Positions 17,651 to 29,100 of a DNA stretch of 64,000 bases are shown here, piece by piece. The translations under genes were made by a program, and so were the position numbers. The stretch lies in the IMG/VR virus record IMGVR_UViG_2574180019_000006; one strand, 5' to 3'. Each line of letters begins with the position of its first letter. Position 1 is the first letter of the stretch. Under the pieces are notes generated by a model, which searched no databases, was not told where the DNA came from, and worked only from the letters and a program-made list of their open reading frames with translations. This stretch comes from a virus. Lineage: Duplodnaviria > Heunggongvirae > Uroviricota > Caudoviricetes.

Positions 17651-19225
17651 ATGGAATTGAACGACAAACAAATTAAGGATCTGGTGGCGCGACGCCACCC
17701 GGAATACGAAAAGAAAAAAGAACATTGGGACTTCCTCGCCAGCACTTACGCTGGCGGGCGTGGTTGGTTTACAGACAATATCTTTCGTTACTTTAAAGAG
17801 GGAGATCAGGAGTTTAAGGAGCGAGTTGAACGTGCTTATCGCTTCAACCACACTCGTGAGGTGGTAAACCTCATCAACAAATATCTCTTTAAAGAAGACA
17901 TTCATAGAAATATCGAAGAGGCACCAGAGCAGATCCGCAATTTCTGGAAACGTGCGACTCGCCAGAATGCCTCTATTGACTCATTTATGGCCGCTATTGA
18001 TTTGCAGTCGTCTATTTACGGTCGCATATGGGTTGTTGTCGATAGCACGATGAGTGGTGATGTTGAGTCAGTAGCTGACGAGAAAAAGAAAGATGCTCGC
18101 GCCTACGCCTACTGGATTTCACCTCAGCAAATGCTGGATGTGGCATGGGACGACGACGGGAATATGTTGTGGGCGTTAATTGTGGAAGTCGCTCGTGATG
18201 ACGCAGATCCTTTTACTTCTACAGGTCAGGAATACCAACGTTATCGTCTGTGGGCACAAAACGAGTGGTATCTGTTCCGTGAGGAAGTGAAGAAGGGCGC
18301 TGGTGGAGCAGGTCGCCGTCAGGCAAAAGTTATTTTAGAGGATAGCGGTGAGCATAATCTCGGCGTAGTTCCTGTGTTTCCTGTTGATTGTATTGGAGAA
18401 AGTGAATCACCGTATTTCAGCCCATCGTTGATCGATGATATCGCTTATCTTGATCGTGCGGTTGCAAACTATCTGTCAAACCTTGATGCCATTATTCAGG
18501 ATCAGACATTTAGCCAGTTGGCTATACCGGTACAGTCGCTTTTACCTGGTGATGAAAACCACACTAAAGTGCTTGAAATGGGCACAAAGCGAGTCTTCAC
18601 CTACGATTCTGAAGGTGGAAACCAGCCGTTTTATCTGTCACCAGACCCGAAACAAGCTCAGATGATCATCACTACGATTAAGACGGTGATTAACGAAATC
18701 TACCATTCAGTTGGTGTAGCTGGTGAGCGAACGAAGCAGGACAACGCACAGGGAATCGATAATTCATCTGGTGCCGCAAAAATGTATGACTTCCAGCGTG
18801 TAAATAGCTTGCTTGTCACAAAAGCAGAGCGTCTGGAAAGGGCTGAACGCCAAATCATGCTACTGGTTGCGAAATGGATGGGGGCAGATCTGGACGAAGA
18901 CCACTCTTTAATTGCGTATCCAGAAAGTTTCGATATTCGTGGCCTTACTGATGAATTTTCTGTTGCCGAGAAACTGTCATTACTTCAGGCACCGGACTCT
19001 GTACGTCGTCACCAGATGGAAATGCTTATTGAGAAGATTTTCCCGAACATTACTGAGGCGATGAAAAAGGAATTTGATAAAGATCTCTTGAATTTTCCTC
19101 CAAAAAATGATCTAAATACCCTTGAAAATAAGTCAGTACTTACTTATGATCGTGGTACAGCCCAAGAAAGCGGGCAAGATCAACCCCGAGGGAATGGGGA
19201 CTCATCTACTCAAGAGAACGAGTGA
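17651..19225 (+). CDS. portal protein
   Basis: 524-aa protein immediately after terL; call by position and size. Confidence 0.75.
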   Translation: MELNDKQIKDLVARRHPEYEKKKEHWDFLASTYAGGRGWFTDNIFRYFKEGDQEFKERVERAYRFNHTREVVNLINKYLFKEDIHRNIEEAPEQIRNFWKRATRQNASIDSFMAAIDLQSSIYGRIWVVVDSTMSGDVESVADEKKKDARAYAYWISPQQMLDVAWDDDGNMLWALIVEVARDDADPFTSTGQEYQRYRLWAQNEWYLFREEVKKGAGGAGRRQAKVILEDSGEHNLGVVPVFPVDCIGESESPYFSPSLIDDIAYLDRAVANYLSNLDAIIQDQTFSQLAIPVQSLLPGDENHTKVLEMGTKRVFTYDSEGGNQPFYLSPDPKQAQMIITTIKTVINEIYHSVGVAGERTKQDNAQGIDNSSGAAKMYDFQRVNSLLVTKAERLERAERQIMLLVAKWMGADLDEDHSLIAYPESFDIRGLTDEFSVAEKLSLLQAPDSVRRHQMEMLIEKIFPNITEAMKKEFDKDLLNFPPKNDLNTLENKSVLTYDRGTAQESGQDQPRGNGDSSTQENE

Positions 19226-19246
19226 TAAGTAACAAAAGGAATTTTT

Positions 19247-20134
19247 ATGAATCTGTGGCAAATGCTTTTGGCCCGTCGTGGTCTGATGGATGTCGCTGAA
19301 GCGCATGAGCGTGGAGGCGCTGGCGGTGTAGCTGCTGATAATGAGCAGAGCACACAAGATCCTGACAAACAGGGTGAACAAAAAGAGCAGCCGAAGGGCG
19401 ATGACGAATACGCTGGCATGACTCAGGAAGAGTTACTGGCCGAACTTCGTAAAACCAAGAAAGCTGGTGCTGAACTGCTGAAGGAGAACATGAAGCGCAA
19501 AGAGAAAGAGCGCACATTGGCCGATCAGCTTGCTCAGTACGGTGATATCGACCCGGCGCGTGCTCGCCAGCTTTTAGAAGCTGAACAGGCCGCAGAAAAT
19601 GCACGTCGTGAGGCGGAGCAAGCTGAACTGGAGCGTCGTGGTGAGTTCGATGCTGTTAAAAAACAGATGATCGAAGCACACCAGGCAGAGCTGGCACAGC
19701 GTGACGAACGTTATACAGCACTGGAAAGTGAAAACGCATCACTGAAATCTCAATTAGTCGAGATGACCGTGGGCGCTTCCTTCAGTAACTCTCTCTTCCT
19801 ACGTGACAAAGTTCTGATGACCCCGGCAAAAGCCCGCGTGATCTACGGTTCTCATTTTGAAGTGGGTGAAGACGGTAGCGTAGTGGGTTATGACAAACCG
19901 GCAGGTCATAAAGAACGAGCTGTTCTGGTTGACGGTGAAGGTAAGCCGTTGCCGTTTGAATCCGCGATTGAACGCATTGTGCGGGCAGATCCGGAAGCTG
20001 ACGCATTGATGCGTAGCGAAGCCAAGCAGGGTGTAGGCTCACATTCCAAATCGACCTACACAATATCCCAACCGAAGAACAAGTCGACTATGGATAAGTT
20101 GGCCTCCGGTCTGGGGAAAATTGGACTTAAGTAA
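19247..20134 (+). CDS. scaffolding protein
   Basis: Charged, Ala/Glu-rich coiled-coil protein between portal and capsid. Confidence 0.65.
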   Translation: MNLWQMLLARRGLMDVAEAHERGGAGGVAADNEQSTQDPDKQGEQKEQPKGDDEYAGMTQEELLAELRKTKKAGAELLKENMKRKEKERTLADQLAQYGDIDPARARQLLEAEQAAENARREAEQAELERRGEFDAVKKQMIEAHQAELAQRDERYTALESENASLKSQLVEMTVGASFSNSLFLRDKVLMTPAKARVIYGSHFEVGEDGSVVGYDKPAGHKERAVLVDGEGKPLPFESAIERIVRADPEADALMRSEAKQGVGSHSKSTYTISQPKNKSTMDKLASGLGKIGLK

Positions 20135-20159
20135 CATCTAAATCAAAGGGAATTGATAG

Positions 20160-21035
20160 ATGCCATTACTGCGTGAAGAAGCTGAAAAGCTGTCTAACAA
20201 CGAACTCGAACAGGGTGTGATCGAAACCATCATTGATCGCGATGACCTGTTTGCCATCCTGCCTTTTATGAAAATTAATTCAAAGGCATATCTGTACAAC
20301 CGTGAAAAAACGCTGAGCGAAGCTACTTTCATTGATGTGAACGACACCATCACCGAAGGTGCAGCAACCTTCGAAGAGAAAGTTGCGAAGCTGCGCATTC
20401 TGGCTGGCGACGTTGACGTCGACAAATTCCTGGCTACCACTATGGCTGATACCAACAACCAGCTGGCTATCCAGGTTCGTCAGAAAGTCAAAGGTCTGGC
20501 TCGTGCCTTCCGTCGCAATCTGATTGTTGGCGACTCCACCACTAACAACAAAGCCTTCGACGGCATTCCACGCCTGATGCACGCAGATCAGAAGATCGAC
20601 ATTGCAGGTGCATCTATGACTTTCTCCATGTTCGACGAACTGGTCGATGCGGTGAAAGATCTTGGTGCTGACTGCATCATGATGCGTTCTGAGCATCTTC
20701 GCGCATATCGTGCGCTGCTGCGAACTGTAAACGTAGGCCCGTCCGAAATCATGATGGAAAACTTCGGTCGACCAATGCTGTGCCATAACGGCGTTCCGTT
20801 TATCGTAAACGACTTCATTCCGACCGATGCTGGCAAAGCAAGCATCTACTGCCTGCATCTGTCAGAAGAGAACGGCGTTACTGGTCTGTATGGCGGCGAC
20901 AACGCAGGTATCGTTGTTGAAAACATTGGTACTGTACAGAACAAAGATGCAGTACGTACCCGTGTGAAGTGGTACTGCTCTCTGGCGAATAAGCACGATA
21001 AGGCTATCGCTGCACTGACCAATGTAAAAATTTAA
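20160..21035 (+). CDS. major capsid protein
   Basis: Position after scaffold and followed by a strong terminator; call by position and size. Confidence 0.7.
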   Translation: MPLLREEAEKLSNNELEQGVIETIIDRDDLFAILPFMKINSKAYLYNREKTLSEATFIDVNDTITEGAATFEEKVAKLRILAGDVDVDKFLATTMADTNNQLAIQVRQKVKGLARAFRRNLIVGDSTTNNKAFDGIPRLMHADQKIDIAGASMTFSMFDELVDAVKDLGADCIMMRSEHLRAYRALLRTVNVGPSEIMMENFGRPMLCHNGVPFIVNDFIPTDAGKASIYCLHLSEENGVTGLYGGDNAGIVVENIGTVQNKDAVRTRVKWYCSLANKHDKAIAALTNVKI

Positions 21036-21069
21036 TCAGTGTTGTAGATAAGTAATTATCTATGTTTAA

Positions 21070-21095
21070 GGGTGGGCTATACGCCCACCCTTTTT
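21070..21095 (+). terminator. rho-independent terminator after the capsid gene
   Basis: gggtgggc-tatac-gcccaccc then ttttt. Confidence 0.65.
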
Positions 21096-21108
21096 GTAGG
21101 AGCAAGAA

Positions 21109-22029
21109 ATGCCAGAACAAAAGATGAAGATTACGGAAGAGGCATTTTCGGATTTTACGGGGCATATGTGCCGCGCCGGATTTACCAATTCTATCTCCGA
21201 TGAACCTTTAACCGAGCGGCAACAAAGTCAGCTATCTGCTTGTTTGCAGGCGGTTCCCTTCTCCCAATCCGTAAACATAACTCCGGCTTCACCATCAGTT
21301 TTGGTTGGGAAAACTGTTCAACTTAGTGCAGGTATTAGTATGGGTAAGAGTGCCAGTTCATTTACCTGGAAGTCAGCCAATGATCAAATTGCAACCGTTA
21401 ACGGCACTGGATTAGTAACTGGCGTAGCCCCAGGCAAAGTAAAAATTACTGCAACTGATCAGGAAACCCAGCTTTCCGCTTCAGTGGAAGTCACCGTAAA
21501 TCCGGTAGCCGTTAAATCCGTAACGGTAACGCCAGACTCAACCTCTGTTGAGAAAGGGAAATCAGTCAGTCTGAAAGCGAATGTTCAGCCGTCAAATGCG
21601 ACGAATAAGGCAGTTACCTGGTCTTCCAAAAATGAAGACAAGGCAACGGTAGACCAGAGCGGGAACGTTACTGGTGTAGAAGTTGGCACTGCGACGATTG
21701 AGATCGTTTCCCAAGATGGCAGCAAAAAGGCAACTGCAACGGTGGAAGTAACTGCGCCTGTTGTGGCTGTTACCGGCGTCGAAATCGACCCAAATAGCAC
21801 AACCGTTGAGGCAAACAAAACTGTTCAGCTGACCGCAAATGTCGAGCCGGCAGGAGCCACAAATAAAACCGTTACTTGGGAATCCAAAAATACCGAGTTT
21901 GCAACGGTGGACAGCGAAACCGGTGTTGTAACTGGTGTTGCGGCTGGTACTGCCACAATCGAGGTTACTACCCAAGATGGTAGCCACAAAGCGACAGCGA
22001 CCGTAGAGGTCACTGCCGCACAGGAATAA
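21109..22029 (+). CDS. Ig-like (BIG2-type) repeat protein, likely head decoration
   Basis: Three tandem ~80-aa repeats (...VTPDSTSVEKGKSVSLKANVQP...ATVDQSGNVTGV...). Confidence 0.75.
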   Translation: MPEQKMKITEEAFSDFTGHMCRAGFTNSISDEPLTERQQSQLSACLQAVPFSQSVNITPASPSVLVGKTVQLSAGISMGKSASSFTWKSANDQIATVNGTGLVTGVAPGKVKITATDQETQLSASVEVTVNPVAVKSVTVTPDSTSVEKGKSVSLKANVQPSNATNKAVTWSSKNEDKATVDQSGNVTGVEVGTATIEIVSQDGSKKATATVEVTAPVVAVTGVEIDPNSTTVEANKTVQLTANVEPAGATNKTVTWESKNTEFATVDSETGVVTGVAAGTATIEVTTQDGSHKATATVEVTAAQE

Positions 22030-22073
22030 CCGATATTGGGCGGCGAAAGCCGCCCAAGAGGAGAGAAAGCGTT

Positions 22074-22508
22074 ATGAAACCAGCAAAAATTGTTTTATTA
22101 GAACCGCAATTTTCCGGTTATTCGGGAATGCTGTGTGGCGTTCAGTTCGAGAACGGGGTATCCGTAGCGGAGTTGCCTTTTATCGATCAGCAAAGGATTT
22201 GTGCCTCAATGCGAGCATCAACAGTCGAGGGCAAAAATGTTTCTCCGTCTGCCGCATACAGTGATCGTGGCGAGTTGACCGCAGACCTGATTACCGAGCC
22301 AGCAGCACCTGGCATTGTGCCAATGAAACGTGGGACACCAGATGAACCGGCCAAACAGATCCAGACTTTCACACGAGAAGAGTTGGAGTCAATTGCAGAC
22401 AATGAAGGCATTGCCGGTCTACGTGTGATTGGTAATCAGGTTGGTGTCAAAGCGAAAGGAATTGTCGAGATGATTGAAGGCATCCTGAAAGCACAAGGCG
22501 GTGAGTAA
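22074..22508 (+). CDS. head-associated hypothetical protein
   Basis: ORF with RBS in the head module. Confidence 0.5.
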   Translation: MKPAKIVLLEPQFSGYSGMLCGVQFENGVSVAELPFIDQQRICASMRASTVEGKNVSPSAAYSDRGELTADLITEPAAPGIVPMKRGTPDEPAKQIQTFTREELESIADNEGIAGLRVIGNQVGVKAKGIVEMIEGILKAQGGE

Positions 22509-23341
22509 TGGCGCAGATCGACTCGTATCGTAGCGGTGAAGCTGTTTCCCTTTCATTTGCCTTCAACGTGCTGGATATCGAATCTGCTACCTACACAGTA
22601 AAGGACAGCACCGGGGCTATTCTCGTTGATGGCGAGCCGCTAGAAATTACCAGCGGTCAAATGTCGATTCCGGTTGTCGTGTCGGCTGAATATAACCAGC
22701 TCTCTGAGAAAGAGCGAGATCTGCGGTACGTCATTGTGAAGGCTGTTGCATCGGGTCTGACGCATGAAGAGCGGCAAATGTATGTTCTGCTGAATAGTTT
22801 TGAACTGTCGATACCAGAACAGTCGTTTGCAACTGTCGCTGATGCTCAAATGCAGGCGATCGATATGCTGAATGGGGACACTTTGCTGTCGGATGGTGAA
22901 GGCTTAATGCGCAAGCGTCTCATTGAGGCTACCAGACGAATTAAAACTTTACCGTTCTCAATCCGCAAAATTCTACGTATCGACTTTGACCGATACGATC
23001 GCCCTCAAAATATGCTGAATGTGTATGACATTCCGTGGGGAGCAGATGGAGCGTACCGGCATGATTTAGTCGATTGGGAAAAGATGACGCAGGAGAAGTT
23101 TGAAGAGTTCCCTGACTACTTCAAAGAAGCGTTGATGCTTGCCGTTGTCAACGAAGCGTGTGAGATCGCAAATGGCAATGATGTAGCCGCAGCACGAGAG
23201 GATGGCATTTTGTCAGAGTCCATCGGTGAAACAACCAACATGTACCGTACCGGTAAAGCTGCAAACGTGCATGTGGCTCGTAGTACCTGGCGCTTGCTGG
23301 TCAGTTACATCAACAACCGTATGATTGTTCGCCGTGCGTAA
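22508..23341 (+). CDS. head completion hypothetical protein
   Basis: ORF coupled to the upstream stop. Confidence 0.5.
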   Translation: MAQIDSYRSGEAVSLSFAFNVLDIESATYTVKDSTGAILVDGEPLEITSGQMSIPVVVSAEYNQLSEKERDLRYVIVKAVASGLTHEERQMYVLLNSFELSIPEQSFATVADAQMQAIDMLNGDTLLSDGEGLMRKRLIEATRRIKTLPFSIRKILRIDFDRYDRPQNMLNVYDIPWGADGAYRHDLVDWEKMTQEKFEEFPDYFKEALMLAVVNEACEIANGNDVAAAREDGILSESIGETTNMYRTGKAANVHVARSTWRLLVSYINNRMIVRRA

Positions 23342-23420
23342 CGCCAGTCGCATTATTTACTTTTGGTCGAAAGGGTTTTTGGCCAGTAATGAGAGCGACC
23401 GACAACAACAGGGAGAGAGC

Positions 23421-23765
23421 ATGAATATTTCATGGCAAACAGAAATTGCGATCTACCGCTTTGGCGCAAAGAACGTTTACGGCGAGGCGCAATTACAATT
23501 CGTCAGGAAGACGAATGTCGGCGTGGTTAAGTTCGAACAGAGTAATGAGAAATCGTCAGTTCGTGCTGATAGCTCTGGTAGTCGTGGTAAGGCGAGTCTG
23601 GAGCTGTTTGATGCTGTGTTAGTTGTCCCTTTAGAAGCGGCTGTACAACTTGATGATGTGCTGATCCTTGAAGGTCAAAAATTAAAGGTGTCCAGTGTTC
23701 ATCGCCGCTGGGGGCTACGAGGAAGACCTGGGCATCTTGAAGTGGGGGCGAATATATGGGTCTGA
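23421..23765 (+). CDS. head-tail connector hypothetical protein
   Basis: ATG at 23421 with GGGAGAG RBS; the longer track ORF from 23325 is less likely. Confidence 0.5.
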   Translation: MNISWQTEIAIYRFGAKNVYGEAQLQFVRKTNVGVVKFEQSNEKSSVRADSSGSRGKASLELFDAVLVVPLEAAVQLDDVLILEGQKLKVSSVHRRWGLRGRPGHLEVGANIWV

Positions 23766-24229
23766 AATACGATGCGCATCAGTTCAAACGTGCGGGGAAT
23801 AGACTCAATAACAGCCAGAAAGCATTTAAGCGATATCTTATTCGGGACATGGAAAAGCTGGCGCGTTTGGTTGAGCGTCTCAGCCGTGCAATGGCCCCGC
23901 TGGAAACCGGATCTCTGGAGACAGCCATCTTTGCCAGGGTGATTAAAGAAGGTTATTCAGGGCTGCGCATTGAGCTTTCTGTGTCTGGAGCAAAACCACG
24001 TCAGGGGCATCCGGGCGTAGAAGTCGGTGACTATGCTAAGTACATGGAGCTGGGTAAATACCGACTCGGTTATCTTTCTCGAATGAAGAACGTGACAAAC
24101 CCACCAATTGCCGGTGTTAAACCTCGTGTTGGGCCACACTTTCTGGAAAGAGCGGTGGAAATTAGCGAGAAGCAGTTCTCAGAAGCGATTCTTGAGGCTG
24201 CAAGAAAAGCCGGTTTTACGAGAGGTTAA
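23756..24229 (+). CDS. head-tail joining hypothetical protein
   Basis: ORF in conserved module position. Confidence 0.5.
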   Translation: MGLKYDAHQFKRAGNRLNNSQKAFKRYLIRDMEKLARLVERLSRAMAPLETGSLETAIFARVIKEGYSGLRIELSVSGAKPRQGHPGVEVGDYAKYMELGKYRLGYLSRMKNVTNPPIAGVKPRVGPHFLERAVEISEKQFSEAILEAARKAGFTRG

Positions 24230-24230
24230 T

Positions 24231-24614
24231 GTGTTTATCGAAGCGTTTGCAAGTTTGATGCAGAAGGCAAAGATTGGCACGGTCGGGACTGACATTTTCT
24301 GTCACTACTTGCCTGCCAATGTGAAATCTGGCGTCCTGCTTATTAACCCAAATACCGGTATCAGCATCGATCATGAGCTACAGGGCTTTTATCACGAATC
24401 ATTCACAATCATTGTGCGTGGTTCGTCAATTACTACGACGGTTGAGAAAGCCAATAAAATCATTGAGATGTTTCCAGTAGAGGAAACGGAATCTGGTGGT
24501 GTTTATTTTCGACTTGTACGACCGATGGCGATGCCAATCATTTATCCCAAAAATGATGGGGCATTAATAGAAGCAGGCATTCCTGTTGAATTTGCTGGCT
24601 ATTTATTGAATTAA
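24231..24614 (+). CDS. tail completion hypothetical protein
   Basis: GTG at 24231 preceded by GAGAGG; the track ATG at 24108 overlaps the upstream gene. Confidence 0.45.
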   Translation: MFIEAFASLMQKAKIGTVGTDIFCHYLPANVKSGVLLINPNTGISIDHELQGFYHESFTIIVRGSSITTTVEKANKIIEMFPVEETESGGVYFRLVRPMAMPIIYPKNDGALIEAGIPVEFAGYLLN

Positions 24615-24622
24615 CTCAATTG

Positions 24623-24638
24623 GTAAGTATATACTTAC
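24623..24638. promoter_or_regulatory. perfect 16-bp palindrome GTAAGTATATACTTAC upstream of the major tail gene
   Basis: Identical to the 3977-3992 copy. Confidence 0.5.
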
Positions 24639-24688
24639 TATTAGCGCAATGAATGCGTAGAATTAACGGAAAAAGGAGTTTTCCATCA

Positions 24689-25435
24689 ATGTCTAATACC
24701 CATGTAAAAAACATCAAACTTGGTGCCTGTAAGGTGTCGTTTGGTGGTGTGGATTTGGGTTACACCAAAGGTGGTGTTCAGGTTGAAATCGCAACCGAAA
24801 CGCTGAAAGTGACCGTAGACCAGCTGGGCCAGACCACGATCTCCGAGCTGATCCAGGGCCGCAACATCACCATTACTGCGCCGCTGGCTGAATCCGTGTT
24901 GAAAAACATGGTCGATCTGATGCCAGGTTCCACGCTGAGTTCTGGCGAAGATACCGTAACCATCACGTCTGCGCAGGGAGTGAACCTGATCGACGTTGCG
25001 AAAGAGTTGGTGCTGACCCCGCAGGATGCGACGGATTATATTCTGACCATCCCTAAAGCAGCAACCGCGGGTAACTTCACCATGACCTACCAGTCTGACG
25101 ACGTTCGCGTGTTCTCAGTTGAGTTTTCCGCTTACCCGGACGACGCTGGCGTGTTGGGGAAAATGAGCCTCCCAAAGCCGGTTGAGAGCGTCACGCTGAC
25201 CCCGTCTTCACCGACCGTAAAAGTGGGCACTAAAGTTCAATTGAGCGCAACCTTCACCCCGGCCGATGCAACCAATAAGACTGGCGTGTGGAGCTCTGAT
25301 GCGACTGATAAAGCGACCGTAGATCAGAACGGACTGGTAACTGGTAAAGCTGTCGGTTCAGCCAATATCACCTTCACAACTAATGACGGTGCCAAGAAGG
25401 CGACCAAAGCCGTCTCTGTAACTGCCGCAAGCTAA
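24689..25435 (+). CDS. major tail protein (lambda V-like) with C-terminal Ig-like domain
   Basis: ATG at 24689 with AAAGGAG RBS; C-terminal BIG2-like segment; sits before the chaperone/tape-measure genes. Confidence 0.75.
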   Translation: MSNTHVKNIKLGACKVSFGGVDLGYTKGGVQVEIATETLKVTVDQLGQTTISELIQGRNITITAPLAESVLKNMVDLMPGSTLSSGEDTVTITSAQGVNLIDVAKELVLTPQDATDYILTIPKAATAGNFTMTYQSDDVRVFSVEFSAYPDDAGVLGKMSLPKPVESVTLTPSSPTVKVGTKVQLSATFTPADATNKTGVWSSDATDKATVDQNGLVTGKAVGSANITFTTNDGAKKATKAVSVTAAS

Positions 25436-25496
25436 ATTGTGATAACCCAAGAGGCCCATGGATGGGCCTCTGTATGAGTTTAAAAGGATTTAAACC

Positions 25497-25814
25497 ATGA
25501 CCAAATTACTCGATCTCGACTCCATTCTGCCGCCGAAAAAAAGCATCAAATTTGGTGGCAAAGAATATCCCATCGTTGAAATGACCGTCGGCCTCTTTGT
25601 TTCCATCAAGCAGATGGAAGGCAAAGATCTCATGAACATGTCTCCTGTTGAGCAAGTGACAGCTTATGCAGATCTGGTTCGTAAGGTTATCCCTTCAGTA
25701 CCTGACGAAGTTCTTGAAAAACTGACTGTTCCGCAACTCCAGCAGATCTTCACCTTCGCTATGGAAGTGATTGATGAAGAAAACGAAAAAGCGGCTGGCG
25801 AAGGGGCAAAGTAA
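25497..25814 (+). CDS. tail assembly chaperone (lambda G-like)
   Basis: Small acidic protein directly upstream of the tape measure. Confidence 0.6.
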   Translation: MTKLLDLDSILPPKKSIKFGGKEYPIVEMTVGLFVSIKQMEGKDLMNMSPVEQVTAYADLVRKVIPSVPDEVLEKLTVPQLQQIFTFAMEVIDEENEKAAGEGAK

Positions 25815-26164
25815 TTTCCCGCGATGAATCCGGGACAAGGACCGTCTCAATAGATCTCGGATTCTATTTCAGTCGTGTAGTTGCTCACTACGCCGTGTCG
25901 CCATTAGAGCTACTGAACGTTCCTCTCACGATGTTCTGGATGCTCAGTCGCAATATAGACCGTCTGCGTGCGGAAGAGGATGTCCGCAACTTACAAGTCG
26001 CTCGTGCGTCCCAGGCGGATGGCGAGGCTGTGAAGGCGTTCATGGAGGGTTTGCAACTCAGGATTGGAAGACCAGTCGTAACAGATAAAGTCTACGATCC
26101 AAGCCAGGATAAGGCAGACCCTGACGCCAAAGAGCAACTGATGCAAATATTTGGCAGAGGATGA
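25778..26164 (+). CDS. candidate frameshift extension of the tail chaperone (lambda GT-like)
   Basis: The -1 frame is open from 25778 to 26164, overlaps the G-like 3' end and stops just before the tape measure start; no slippery site confirmed. Confidence 0.45.
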   Translation, partial: RKRKSGWRRGKVISRDESGTRTVSIDLGFYFSRVVAHYAVSPLELLNVPLTMFWMLSRNIDRLRAEEDVRNLQVARASQADGEAVKAFMEGLQLRIGRPVVTDKVYDPSQDKADPDAKEQLMQIFGRG

Positions 26165-26171
26165 CAAGGGA

Positions 26172-29100
26172 ATGTCACAAAACGTAGAGTTTATCCTGTC
26201 GCTGGAAGACAAACAGTTTACAGCGTCAATCGATCGTGCGGGGAAACTGCTTACTCGATTTGGTGAGCAGGTAACAAAGCCTGCTCAAAAAATCCAAACC
26301 TTTGAACGCTCTTTGGGTTCGGTCGCCCGTATCATTGGCGTTCTGGAAAGCAAGCTCGATTCTACGGCAGATAAACTACAGGATGTAGCTGCCGGTTTTG
26401 AGCTTGCTTCAGATGCTACGCGTAAAATGCGTGGCAACATCACCAGCCTCAATTCTGGTCTTAAAGCCCTGATTGAGCGCGTCGATACGACAACTTCTTC
26501 AGTAGATAAACTCACCGCGTCATTACGTAAAGTGCAATCAGAGCTAAATGATTTCTCTGATTGGGCGACCTATGCAAGCAAAAGCGCAAGCCGCTTTGGT
26601 ACGGAGGTCAAAGAAGCCTCTGCGTCCGTGAGTGGCATGAATACGCGCCTTAATACCACGACGAAGCGACTCAGTAATTGGGGTGTCACAACGAGTCAGG
26701 CTGCCGAGGGACTGAAAAAGGTTCGTGAGCAGATGGACGAAGTTATCGGACGTCAGCAACTGATTAGCAAGCCGGTACGCGTTCGTACATCTGGAAGTGG
26801 CGATGGTGGTAGCGGGCGGCGTAGCGGCGCTTCTGGCCATAGCGGTAAAAGTAACGAAGGAGGTATGTTCTCTGGCCTTCGTGGCAACATTTTCCTGCTT
26901 GGCGAGATCGGAGATGCAGCCAGAACGGTTACTGACATCATGTTTGGGTGGCAGAAGCCTATTGTTGAAGCTGCGGCCGAAATGGAACGTATGCGGGTGA
27001 TGCTTCGAGGGTTGAATAAGGAGAAGTCCAACCCTGGCCAGGCTGCCGCCGATGACATGAAGTACATCGTAGACATGGCTCAAAATGCGCCGTTCGCGAT
27101 GCAGGCGTTAACAGATTCCTTCGTGAAGTTTCGTTCTGCTGGCTTAGATCCAACCGATGGTTCTCTGAAGGCGCTGGTGGACTCCGTTGCTCGTTTTGGT
27201 GGTGATAGTGAGCTGTTGAAACGTGCGGCTGTGGCCGTTCAGCAGATGTCCGGTAAGGGCGTTGTGTCAATGGAAGAGCTACGTCAGCAATTAGGTGAAG
27301 CCGTTCCTAACGCGATGCAGGCAATGGCAGACGCCGCAGGCATCACTATGGGGGAACTGACTAAAGCCGTTGCCAGCGGTACGGTTGAGGCAAAACAGGC
27401 GTTGTCTCTGATGTTTGTTGGTCTGCGTGCGGAGAATGAGAACGCAGCGAAAGACATGATGCAAACCTACACAGGTGCGCTGGCGCAACTTCAGACGTCA
27501 TTCACGTTATTTGCTGATCGGGTTGGTCAGGCCGGATATCTGGATTCTCTATCGAAGGGGATGAAAGAACTGGCTTCAATCATGAATAGCGCCGAAGGGA
27601 TTTCGTTTGCCAATTCTTTAGGTTCGGGGTTAACAACGGCAATCGATGGGTTGCGTCAGCTTGCTCAATGGTTAGCAAAGAACCAAGAGCTGGTAATTAA
27701 TCTCGGTAAGATCGTGGCCGCGATGGTTGCGTTCAAACTGATGCGAGCAGGGATCATGGGGGTAGTTGGCGCTGGGAGCCAGATGGTTAGCACCTTTGCC
27801 ACGATGGCGACCGCCATACAGACTCCATTTAACCTCGGCGCTACAGCAGTAACTCGATTCAATCGTGCGGCACGTATGGGGCTGGCTCCGATCCCCTCTC
27901 TTATTTTCGCCATCCGTGGGGCGATTACGGGGCTTAAAGGCGCTTTTGCTGGATTAACGGCGTTCATTGCAGCAAACCCTATAGGGGCAGCATTTACAGT
28001 TGCCACAGTAGCTGTTGCTGGCCTAATCACGTACATGACCATGCTCCGCAGCGAAACTTCAAAGGTCGTTGACGAGATTAGGAAAATACCAGAGGCGATG
28101 ACGGCGGCCAAACGTGCACAGATGGCGGAGTATAAAGCGCGTCTTGAGCAACAAATCACGCAAAAGGAACAAGAGTTAAAATCTGGCGAAAAGGTGGTTT
28201 ATGGGCCGGGTATGGCCGGAACTACAGTAAAGATTAATCAGGATGAACGTAAGCGTATAGAAAATGAGCTAAATGACCTTCGTAAGAAACGCGATAAAAC
28301 TACTGGGGCAATTGAACGCGGAGACATTGCCGTAGCCAAACGTCTTGCAAAAGATGCGGCAGAATCACAGATAGAGAAAATACGGGAAGAGAATAGAGAC
28401 TTTGCGGCAACATTCGCTAAAGCTCGTCAAGAGGCTCTGGAGAAGATCCAAAAAATCAATGATGACGATTCACTTTCTGATGACGAAAAGAACAAGCTAT
28501 TGGCACCGTTACGTGAAACGGTAAACAAAAGCTATCTGGAGCCTGCGCAAAAACTGGTTGATTCACTTTCTTCTCGTAAGAATGCGACCGAGAAGCAAAT
28601 TGCGACTCTTAATGATCAGCTTGAAAAAGCCAAAAAGGATGGAAATACCGAGCAGATCCAGAAACTGCAAGGCAGTATTCGTGGTTATCAGGAGCATTTG
28701 GAAGCCGTTGCTCAGGAGCTGACTCAGGCAGAGTTCGAGAGAGATAACGCGGCCAAAACTGGTAAGGGCGTAATGTCAAACCAGGGGACTGTTCTTGGGT
28801 TAGGTACAACTGATAAAGCTGCTCAGAAGGCGTTGGCGCAATATATGCGAAACCAGATGGATTCTGCGACTTATCAGCGTACTTTGCCTGACGGCACTCC
28901 GATGATGGACTTCGAAGGTAAGCCGATTATTGGGCCTAAACAACTCAAGACGCAGCTTAATTTGCAGAAAGCATCCAGTGCCAGCTCTCTGGAGAAAATG
29001 AGCGATGAAGAGCGTGCCGCAGCCATTGCTGCACTGACTAAAGCTCGTGAACAGGATGCAGCAGCTGCCGAGAAAGCAGCCCAACGATCAGCTAACGCCT

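Noticed and set aside
25785-25811. Specific slippery heptamer for the chaperone frameshift
   Set aside because: The -1 frame is open across the overlap, but I could not identify a canonical X-XXY-YYZ site by eye; the frameshift stays a candidate.
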